Shown here one piece after another: positions 25,701-32,830 of a stretch of 38,490 nucleotides of DNA. Position numbers and translations under genes: made by a program. The notes under the pieces were generated by a model that saw only the letters and a program-made list of their open reading frames with translations, searched no databases and was not told the origin of the DNA. The DNA is taken from positions 1-38,490 of IMG/VR virus record IMGVR_UViG_3300006105_000046, one strand, 5' to 3'. Position 1 is the stretch's first letter; every line of letters begins with the position of its first letter. This DNA comes from a virus. Its lineage: Duplodnaviria; Caudoviricetes.

Positions 25701-28550
25701 AACACCCAGGTAAGAAAGAATGGCAACACGATTGCCATTTACCAAAACTCTGTATCCACTACTAATGGTTACACTCAGGGCGGGTCTAAGGTTATCTACC
25801 TTAATGGCTCCACTGACTATCTAGATTTTACGGCTTATACATCTAATACAACTTCCCAGACTCTGCAATATGGCGGCAGCACAAGCGGTAATGGAACTTA
25901 CTTCTCCGCAACCCTCATCACCAGCGGAACTGTTCAAGGAACACAAGGGACTACTGGATCCCAAGGCACAAACGGAACTAATGGAACAAACGGCACTCAG
26001 GGCCTAACAGGTAGCCAAGGAACAGTTGGCGCTCAAGGTGTTCAAGGATCTACGGGCACCCAAGGAGCAAGCGGTTCTAATGGAACCAATGGATCTCAAG
26101 GTACTCAAGGAACAACGGGTATCCAAGGACTTACTGGTCTTCAGGGCCTTACTGGTTCTCAAGGAACGACTGGTAACCAAGGAACTCTTGGAACCCAAGG
26201 AACACAAGGAGCAGTTGGTCCTCAAGGAACTACTGGCACACAAGGCTCCCAGGGAACACAAGGTCTTCTTGGTAACCAAGGCACAATTGGTGCACAGGGT
26301 ACCGCTGGTTTTGTTGGCTCTAACGGTTCTCAAGGTACCCAGGGTATCCAGGGAACCACTGGCGGAAGCGGTATTGTTAACGTCGGTAACGGGCTTCAGT
26401 ATGTATCTGGAACTCAAACCCTTTCACTACAGGCAGTTACAGGCACGGGTTACACAACAGTCCTATCTACAAGCCCAACCCTTACATCGCCAAATATCGG
26501 TAACGCCACTGCCGCATCTGTAACTGTAGGAACGCTTACCTATACCCCTGCTAACGCGCTCTTTACTGCTCAGAACTCCACTAACAACTACAACCAGATC
26601 ATTATCCAGAATTCATTGGCTGGGACTCAGGCCTCTGCGGACTTAGTTGTTAACAATGACTCTTCTACGGACTCAACCTACTACGGCGACTTTGGTATTA
26701 ACAGCTCTGCTTTTAGCGGAACTGGCAGCTTGTCTCTTCCAAATGCCACCTACCTATACTCCTCTAACGGTGAGTTAGTATTAGGAACTATTACCTCAAA
26801 CGGTATTCGCTTTGTAACTAACAACAGCACCACAGACGCAATGTCTATCAACTCTGCTGGTTATGTAAACGTTGCCGGTACCCTACAGGCCGGAACCATC
26901 TCTGGCGGCTCTGCTTCAGCAGCTCAGACCACGATTAAACAGCGCTCTGATACGGCCGCTAACTGGACTTCAGCTAACCCAACTCTGACTGCAGGTGTCT
27001 GGGCATATGAAACTGATACCAAGAAGATAAAGATCGGTGACGGCTCTACCGCTTGGACATCACTTGCCTACTTTACTGGCGTTCAAGGTTTTACTGGAAC
27101 TCAGGGAACTATTGGTAGCCAAGGCGTTCAAGGACTTCAGGGCGCAACAGGATCACAAGGCACTATTGGTAATCAGGGTTCAGTTGGACTTCAGGGCGTT
27201 ACTGGTATGCAGGGCGCGACTGGAACACAAGGATTTGTTGGAACCCAAGGAACTCTTGGACTTCAAGGCTTCTACGGTATCCAAGGACTTCAGGGTATCC
27301 AAGGCAACATCGGTGTTCAGGGTGTTGTATTCGGTGCTACTGCTCCTGCCAACCAAGGCGTACTTTGGGTAAATACTGTTTTGTCATCTAGTTCGATCCA
27401 AGGCACTCAAGGTATTCAGGGTGGTGGATTTAACCAAGCGCAGGGTACTCAAGGCTTGCAAGGCACTATTGGTTCTATTGGTATTCAAGGCACTACTGGT
27501 ATTCAAGGGTCGCTTGGACTTCAAGGTACTACTGGTTCTGCTGGATATGGCGTTAATATTCCATCAGGACTTAGCAATAGTTTGTTTGTTGGCGATCCGA
27601 CTCAACTTTCTTTAACTGGCAATTACAACATTGCCATGGGTACAAATATTGGTCGTACTGGTACTAATACTAGTTATCAAAATACTTTTATTGGTACTAA
27701 TATCGCTTCTACTGCTCCAGTGAGTGGGCATGACAATGTAATGATTGGCTTGGCTTCTGCTTTTGGTTTAACTTCAGGATCTAACAATGTTGTTGTTGGT
27801 AATTCTGCGGGTAACGGTTTAACTAGTGGTGGCGCCAATATTTTTGTTGGTAATTATGCTGGGTATCAAGTTTCAACTAGCAGTAACACTATTCATATTG
27901 GCAGTAGTTCAACTGTTTCAAATGTTTCAAATTCGATTGTATTAGGTCAGCCTTATGTATATAACGCCAATACGGTAGCGATTGACCCTTTTTACGCAAA
28001 TTACCCTCTTATTGGCGGAAACGCTGGTACAGGTACAAATGATTCAACTAGATATGCAACTGTTGGCGATGACAACCACAAGAACCAGCAAATACCAGCA
28101 GAGCAGTATTATGCTTCTTGGACTCAAGGCTCGATCATAACAACAACTGCCACAAGCCTATTTGGTGTTGCTCCATATACTTTAGCAGGTAATGCTTATG
28201 ATTTTGAATACAATATGTATGTTTCTAATTCTGGAACAGGAACTATTACCCTTGGATGGGGTGGAGTTGCTAACGGCTCGTTTATGACCAATGTTCAGGT
28301 TATGTTACAAAATGGTACTGCCATAACTGGTATTACTAACTATAATCAAACTTCGAACAAAGCAATATCAGGCGGCAATACTGCTGCTACTCACATGATT
28401 ACAATTCGCGGATTCTGCCAAGGCGCACAAGGTAGATTCCCTCTTATGGCATCTGTTTCAACTGGTCAGATTCGTTTGCTTCAAGGTTGGTTCCGTTTTG
28501 TAAATAGAACTCAATGGGGCGCACCTCTTACATTCGGAAATATTGCTTAG
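22701..28550 (+). CDS. Giant collagen-like fibre protein (1949 aa) with interspersed globular domains
   Basis: Long G-X-Q/G-T-T triplet tracts; tail-fibre domain (DGVTL..GNRVL..ENGVY..FTRATD) ~24410-24855; C1q-like domain ~25485-25930; Mtd N-terminal-like motif ~26934-27075; N..IG beta-helix repeats near the C-terminus. Confidence 0.9.
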   Translation: MSSCGYCGGYWPSCGCSIQPIIVTPPAPIVVSVQAPIGGANGLQGIQGPQGITGYIGHDGAQGTQGIQGVQGTQGNQGFGYDQLQGVQGPQGVQGVQGIQGIQGYTGLQGHYGTQGTQGTQGPQGTTGSQGTQGIQGVQGTQGIQGVQGLLGTQGTQGTTGSQGATGTQGSQGTQGLLGLQGLLGLQGNQGTTGVQGLQGIQGVQGTQGTTGTQGLQGIQGRSFTGVTSATSTTIGTGSKVFSVTNSGAYSVGQYVVVTNTGTPTNFMFGQVTAVTTDSSITVNVTGVGGSGTFTAWTFGVSGLQGAQGTQGIQGVQGTQGIQGNQGTQGVQGVQGLTGAQGLQGVQGTQGNQGFGYAQLQGVQGPQGTQGIQGVQGNQGTLGIQGFTGTQGFTGTQGTTGTQGAVGTQGTTGTQGFVGSQGTIGSQGNTGAQGTTGATGATGSQGTQGLQGNQGTTGIQGTTGTQGFTGTQGVVGSQGTVGAQGTQGTQGLQGLQGYQGPQGTQGTQGNQGTTGSQGTTGTQGATGSQGIQGTQGVQGTTGSQGTTGTQGATGTQGTQGVQGVTGQAGSQNAHGAVNAVSTATGTGTSTYFAGSSDTEGGTGVGAYIEANANGVIPTIDGVTLSVGNRVLFTGRANSIENGVYSVTSVGSSSSKYRFTRATDSDNHVTGQVEGGDFVYVLTGTTYVSTTWVLTSTGSNSDGTIKIGIDPIVWTQAGGIGAQGSTGSQGTTGIQGIQGYTGTTGAQGSTGTTGAQGTQGIQGTQGNTGSTGFQGTTGIQGIQGYTGTTGAQGSTGQTGSQGTTGSQGTTGSQGTTGTQGATGAQGTQGIQGLIGIQGTQGTQGVQGNQGAQGNQGLIGLQGFTGTQGATGTQGTTGATGSTGSQGTTGTQGATGAQGTQGIQGVIGSQGATGLQGVQGTQGLQGRDGGQLTATSYTVNGRLSSDQTVTSGADALINFIDDFDPQNWWDPTGHQFKPTIAGYYLINIDSWWATGSLSTAQTNTQVRKNGNTIAIYQNSVSTTNGYTQGGSKVIYLNGSTDYLDFTAYTSNTTSQTLQYGGSTSGNGTYFSATLITSGTVQGTQGTTGSQGTNGTNGTNGTQGLTGSQGTVGAQGVQGSTGTQGASGSNGTNGSQGTQGTTGIQGLTGLQGLTGSQGTTGNQGTLGTQGTQGAVGPQGTTGTQGSQGTQGLLGNQGTIGAQGTAGFVGSNGSQGTQGIQGTTGGSGIVNVGNGLQYVSGTQTLSLQAVTGTGYTTVLSTSPTLTSPNIGNATAASVTVGTLTYTPANALFTAQNSTNNYNQIIIQNSLAGTQASADLVVNNDSSTDSTYYGDFGINSSAFSGTGSLSLPNATYLYSSNGELVLGTITSNGIRFVTNNSTTDAMSINSAGYVNVAGTLQAGTISGGSASAAQTTIKQRSDTAANWTSANPTLTAGVWAYETDTKKIKIGDGSTAWTSLAYFTGVQGFTGTQGTIGSQGVQGLQGATGSQGTIGNQGSVGLQGVTGMQGATGTQGFVGTQGTLGLQGFYGIQGLQGIQGNIGVQGVVFGATAPANQGVLWVNTVLSSSSIQGTQGIQGGGFNQAQGTQGLQGTIGSIGIQGTTGIQGSLGLQGTTGSAGYGVNIPSGLSNSLFVGDPTQLSLTGNYNIAMGTNIGRTGTNTSYQNTFIGTNIASTAPVSGHDNVMIGLASAFGLTSGSNNVVVGNSAGNGLTSGGANIFVGNYAGYQVSTSSNTIHIGSSSTVSNVSNSIVLGQPYVYNANTVAIDPFYANYPLIGGNAGTGTNDSTRYATVGDDNHKNQQIPAEQYYASWTQGSIITTTATSLFGVAPYTLAGNAYDFEYNMYVSNSGTGTITLGWGGVANGSFMTNVQVMLQNGTAITGITNYNQTSNKAISGGNTAATHMITIRGFCQGAQGRFPLMASVSTGQIRLLQGWFRFVNRTQWGAPLTFGNIA

Positions 28551-28559
28551 GAGATCCCC

Positions 28560-29870
28560 ATGTCACAACTTATGTATTACGACACCGCGAGTTCTTCTTG
28601 GAAGCCTGTTGTTGTTGGCGCGCAAGGAGTAACTGGTCCACAAGGACTTCAAGGCATTACAGGTAGTGCTGGAACTTCTGCTTATGCTACTTATTTCCCT
28701 GCTGCTGCATTAGGTCACACCTCAACTGCTAGTGTTTCGATACCTGCTGGCAGTTATTTGTACGAAACCCCCTCGACAAACCCTGCGACTTTTACGATTA
28801 ACGGAAATACTCCTGCTGGCAATTTTGGCAAATTAACTTTGACTTCACCCGCAACGACTATTACTGGAACAACACCAGTCGCTTATCCTGTTGCATTTAG
28901 AAACACAAATAATAATTATCAGACTGCTGCTTATGGAAACAATATTTATATTGTCGATCAACCGTATTCAACATATTCTTATTCAACTGATGGCGGTAAT
29001 ACTTGGACTACTACTTTAGATGCAAGTATAGGACAATACGGCAACACTTGGGGATTGGCTTATGGAAACGGCCATTTTGTTAAAACTTGGCAATATAATC
29101 AAATGGGCTATCAGATCAGTTATTCTAGCGATGGAGTTAATTGGACTGGTGGATCCTTGCCTAATGGCGGTGTAAATGGTTATAACAACGCATTTGCCAA
29201 TAATATTATTTATAATTCTGCGACTAACTATTTTGTTGTAGTTGGCGGCTTTTCTAATTATTATAATTATGGCGATCCAATTAACGGCTGGAATTTGGTT
29301 TATGGCGCTCCTTGGAATTCTGTTGGAGCATTGTCCTATCAAAATGGCTACACTTTTGTTTCCGACCTAGCAACTGGTTATGTTTATTATAGTTCAGATC
29401 CAGCAAGTAATTCTTGGACTGCTGCCGCTTTTGGCCCTTTTAATTACAATCAGTTCAGTTCTGTTCAATGGGATGGAACTAATTATTGGGTTGCTATTGG
29501 TATTGGTAGCGGAAATGCTCAGTTATGGAAATGTTCTAACCTTAGCACTAACACTTGGACTCAAGTTTCTCTTAATTGGACTAACTGCACAGGAGCCAGT
29601 CTTGAAATTGTTGTTTCAGGTAACGAAATTTTAATAATTGAAAATACTCAAGGTAATGCTGCTGCAATTTATTCTTCTGATGGGGGCAGCACTTTTTCTA
29701 TAATTTCAACTGGAATTTCATATGCTGGAATTGCAAAAAAACTAAATGGTCACTATGTATATTGTTCACAAGATTACCAAAGTCAGTACCCAGTTTATTT
29801 TTCTTCAACGTTAGCGCCTCAACAGCAGCCTTCTTATGTTAAATTAACCTCTACCTATACAACTTCCTAG
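28560..29870 (+). CDS. Fibre/receptor-binding protein with a short collagen stub and BNR/Asp-box propeller
   Basis: YSTDGGNTWT, YSSDGVNWT, YSSDGGSTFS and AYGN repeats; N-terminal GAQGVTGPQGLQG. Confidence 0.8.
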   Translation: MSQLMYYDTASSSWKPVVVGAQGVTGPQGLQGITGSAGTSAYATYFPAAALGHTSTASVSIPAGSYLYETPSTNPATFTINGNTPAGNFGKLTLTSPATTITGTTPVAYPVAFRNTNNNYQTAAYGNNIYIVDQPYSTYSYSTDGGNTWTTTLDASIGQYGNTWGLAYGNGHFVKTWQYNQMGYQISYSSDGVNWTGGSLPNGGVNGYNNAFANNIIYNSATNYFVVVGGFSNYYNYGDPINGWNLVYGAPWNSVGALSYQNGYTFVSDLATGYVYYSSDPASNSWTAAAFGPFNYNQFSSVQWDGTNYWVAIGIGSGNAQLWKCSNLSTNTWTQVSLNWTNCTGASLEIVVSGNEILIIENTQGNAAAIYSSDGGSTFSIISTGISYAGIAKKLNGHYVYCSQDYQSQYPVYFSSTLAPQQQPSYVKLTSTYTTS

Positions 29871-29879
29871 GAGATCCCA

Positions 29880-30164
29880 ATGACATTCCCAATTCAGCAA
29901 GGAACGCTTACAGTTGGCACAACCGTTACTGCTTTAATGGTTCAGCCTCAAGGTCGAAATACCACGATCAAAATTCGCAATACCCACGCAACTGCCAACC
30001 TGTATATCGGCAACCCACAGGTATCTGCAAGCGGAGATAATGTCGGCTACCTCATTCCTGCTAATGCTTCTGATTCTGTAACCTACTCGGCTCAAACTCC
30101 CCTGTTCCTGATTTCGGACACAGAAGGTGTTACAGTTTCCTACTTGACGGCAGCAACTAACTAA
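29880..30164 (+). CDS. Small beta-rich virion protein, paralog of 37483..37791
   Basis: I.N....A.LY.G...V....G..I.....L..IS pattern shared with the 37483 ORF. Confidence 0.7.
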   Translation: MTFPIQQGTLTVGTTVTALMVQPQGRNTTIKIRNTHATANLYIGNPQVSASGDNVGYLIPANASDSVTYSAQTPLFLISDTEGVTVSYLTAATN

Positions 30165-30172
30165 GGAAGCAA

Positions 30173-31159
30173 ATGAATCTAGTCCAAAAGGCGGTTGGAC
30201 AAGGTGGCAAGTTAGCACCGATAGCAATACCCGATACTTTCGGGGGAATGAACCCATCTGTATTTATAGACAAAGATGGCGATATTCTTGTTAATGTCCG
30301 AGTAGTTAATTACATTTTGTATCATAGCGAGAACGAGCAACGCTTCCCTTCTAGATGGGGTCCGCTTGCTTATTTGCACCCTGAGAAAGACCAGCGCCTT
30401 GTAACTGAGAACTACCTCTGCAGGCTTAACTCCGATCTAGAGATGACCGACTATGCGCGGGTAGAGATGCTAGATCTTCATACTCCTATATGGGAGTTCG
30501 TTGGTTTGGAGGACGCCCGCTTAGTTCAATGGGAAGGTAAGTACTACCTAATAGGTGTTCGGCGCGACACCACCACCACAGGTGTTGGGCGCATGGAGTA
30601 TTCTCATATAGAGATAAACAAAGAGGGCTGGTCTATTAAAGAGACTAAGCGTGTGCGCATTCCTGCCCCTAAAGACGATGGATCTTACTGTGAGAAGAAC
30701 TGGTACCCGATATTAGATAGGCCTTACCACTTTATTAAGTGGACTATGCCCACAGAGATGGTTAAAGCCGACCCTGAAGAACCTAAGATTGAACAGATCT
30801 TTGTAAAGGAAACTCCCCCTGCCCCAGCAGATCAGCGCGGAGGCACCCAAGCCATTAAGTGGGGCAATATGTATATTGCCATCACTCATGAGGTCAATCT
30901 ATTTAAGAACTATCTACAGCAGAAAGACGGTATCTACCGCCACCGCTTAGTTTTATGGGATGACCAGTTTAACTTTGTAGGGCTCTCTAATGCCTTCTCT
31001 TTCTTGGATGCTCGTATCGAGTTCTGCGTGGGCGCGGCCATTTATAATGGAGACCTACTTATTAGCTTTGGGTTCCAAGATAATGCGGCTTTTGTTCTAC
31101 GCACCCCTAAGAAAGTAGTAGAAGACCTAATCCTGGAGGCGCTTATCTATGAAAATTGA
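30173..31159 (+). CDS. Five-bladed beta-propeller glycoside hydrolase/phosphorylase-like protein (GH130/DUF377-like)
   Basis: NPSVF, GLEDARL, CEKNWYP, RGGTQ, YRHR, IEFCVG, ISFGFQD motifs. Confidence 0.8.
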   Translation: MNLVQKAVGQGGKLAPIAIPDTFGGMNPSVFIDKDGDILVNVRVVNYILYHSENEQRFPSRWGPLAYLHPEKDQRLVTENYLCRLNSDLEMTDYARVEMLDLHTPIWEFVGLEDARLVQWEGKYYLIGVRRDTTTTGVGRMEYSHIEINKEGWSIKETKRVRIPAPKDDGSYCEKNWYPILDRPYHFIKWTMPTEMVKADPEEPKIEQIFVKETPPAPADQRGGTQAIKWGNMYIAITHEVNLFKNYLQQKDGIYRHRLVLWDDQFNFVGLSNAFSFLDARIEFCVGAAIYNGDLLISFGFQDNAAFVLRTPKKVVEDLILEALIYEN

Positions 31160-31706
31160 GGGCCTAGTAGTCCGTCTATCTAAAGACCCGTTTAACCCAC
31201 TGCTTAACTTTCAGTGTGCCCAAGAGTATGACCGACTAGGACAGACAGCCTCTGCCGTCTCTTTCTACCTAAGGACTGCGGAGTATGGCTATAAGACTAA
31301 CCCAGACTACGCATATGAAGCCTTACTAAGAACCTCTATCTGCTTTGAAGACCAAAACGATAGGCAACATACTGTAAGTAACTGCATCCTTCAAGCGCTT
31401 ACCGTTTTACCTGAGAGAGAAGAAGCGTACTTTCTTATGTCTAGGTTCCACGATCGCTCAGGCAACTGGCAAGAGTGCTACACGTGGGCACGCATGGGAC
31501 TGCGCTACTCTACAAATATAAAGAATGAACTGTTGGATTACCCGGGCGGTGTTGGCTTACTCTTTGAAGTAGCTGTTTCTGGTTGGTGGGTAGGACGAGC
31601 CGAAGAGTCAACAAGCATCTTTAAAGACCTACTTACTAAGGACATACCAGAGAATTACCGCAATGCGATTGTGGATAACTTAAGGAGAACAGGTGCTTCT
31701 ATTTGA
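31149..31706 (+). CDS. TPR-repeat protein
   Basis: A..YD..G..ASA...Y.R; AL...PER.EAYF.MSR......W..CY helical repeats. Confidence 0.75.
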   Translation: MKIEGLVVRLSKDPFNPLLNFQCAQEYDRLGQTASAVSFYLRTAEYGYKTNPDYAYEALLRTSICFEDQNDRQHTVSNCILQALTVLPEREEAYFLMSRFHDRSGNWQECYTWARMGLRYSTNIKNELLDYPGGVGLLFEVAVSGWWVGRAEESTSIFKDLLTKDIPENYRNAIVDNLRRTGASI

Positions 31707-32355
31707 TATCGGGGCTAACCGAGGAGACGCAACGGTTGCTGGCTTAAATAAAGGGTATAAAGTAATTGCTGTTGAAGCGGCGCCCAGAATTTACAGGCAG
31801 TTGTCGTCTACCTTTATCTATGTCCCCGAGGTAATACCACTTAAAGCCGCTGTAGCAGATGTAGATAATGAGCGCGTAGAGTTCTATGAAGCTGAGGAGG
31901 ATGGGCTATCTACTCTTAATAAAGACTGGCTAACTGACAAAACTCTTCCTTATGTGGGCAAGCCTTACCGCACAGTCTCAGCAACCACTGTGACTATTGA
32001 CACTCTTGCAAAAACCTATGGTGAGCCCGACCTAATAAAGGTAGATGTTGAGGGCGCAGAGTGGCTGGTGTTTAAGGGTATGACTAAAAAGTACGGAACT
32101 CTTGCTTTTGAGTGGACAGATGCCACGGTTAAAGAGCACTGTTCTCAGCTAGAGCACCTATCTTCTTTAGGCTACACAGAGGTTGCGCCACAGTTTATTG
32201 TTAATCACCTAGAAGAGCCTACAGAATGGTACCCCATCGCAGACTATCACCTCTGTAAGTGGGTGACGGAGAATAAAGACGCTTGGGAAAACGGCGGCTG
32301 GAAAGAGGCAAACCTACGACCTACAGCGGATGTGGGAATGTGCTGGGTTAGGTAG
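31693..32355 (+). CDS. FkbM-family SAM-dependent methyltransferase
   Basis: FDIGANRG, VIAVEA.P, PDLIKVDVEGAE. Confidence 0.9.
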   Translation: MLLFDIGANRGDATVAGLNKGYKVIAVEAAPRIYRQLSSTFIYVPEVIPLKAAVADVDNERVEFYEAEEDGLSTLNKDWLTDKTLPYVGKPYRTVSATTVTIDTLAKTYGEPDLIKVDVEGAEWLVFKGMTKKYGTLAFEWTDATVKEHCSQLEHLSSLGYTEVAPQFIVNHLEEPTEWYPIADYHLCKWVTENKDAWENGGWKEANLRPTADVGMCWVR

Positions 32356-32408
32356 GACAAAACGCCCCTTAGTGGGGATAATTTAAGAACTCGTATTTAA
32401 GGAGCACT

Positions 32409-32744
32409 ATGGCAACCGCCTATAAAGTACTAGGTCAAGTAAACCCAGCAGCTACAACAGAAGCCACTTTATATACCCCAGGCGGTAGTTCGGCCGTAGC
32501 AGTAGTGTCCACTATCGCTATCTGTAACCAGGCTGCATCACCCGCAACCTACCGAATTGCTGTGTGGCCTAATGGAACTTCTTCTTCTTCTGGCGCCAAC
32601 TGGCTTGTGTATGGGGCGACAGTAAATGCCAACGACACCACTTTTCTTACTCTAGGAATAACCCTTGAGCATGGTGCAACTATTCGTGTTTATGCTTCTA
32701 GCGCGACTGTTTCATTTAGCGCATTTGGTAGCGAGATCGCTTAA
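32409..32744 (+). CDS. Small beta-sandwich virion protein
   Basis: YKVLGQ.NPAATT..TLYT...VVSTI.ICN...VSFSAFGSEI; AAGGAG RBS. Confidence 0.8.
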   Translation: MATAYKVLGQVNPAATTEATLYTPGGSSAVAVVSTIAICNQAASPATYRIAVWPNGTSSSSGANWLVYGATVNANDTTFLTLGITLEHGATIRVYASSATVSFSAFGSEIA

Positions 32745-32818
32745 TGTCCGCTACTAAGGCCAGTAATTCTGGCACTACAGGGTATACCTACGAGGATGCG
32801 CAAGTTAAAGACAATTAA
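32744..32818 (+). CDS. 24-aa mini-ORF or gene remnant (MSATKASNSGTTGYTYEDAQVKDN)
   Basis: TAATG coupling to the previous gene; in frame with, and similar to, the N-terminus of the next gene. Confidence 0.45.
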   Translation: MSATKASNSGTTGYTYEDAQVKDN

Positions 32819-32830
32819 GGAGGCTAGTCT

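Noticed and set aside
26934-27075. Mtd-like motif suggesting a diversity-generating retroelement
   Set aside because: It matches only the N-terminal structural motif; no reverse transcriptase or adenine-specific TR/VR pair is visible in the window
22820-27540. Highly repetitive DNA that could be taken for a CRISPR array or satellite
   Set aside because: It is degenerate at third codon positions and in frame with G-X-Y; there is no constant repeat with unique spacers and no cas gene
22810-27615. Many long alternate-frame and reverse ORFs over the collagen gene (e.g. 22810..23382, 23605..24126, 23610..24179, 24856..25491, 26026..26523)
   Set aside because: They are shadows of the 9-nt CAAGGN periodicity, which avoids stops in other frames; no RBS or recognisable domains
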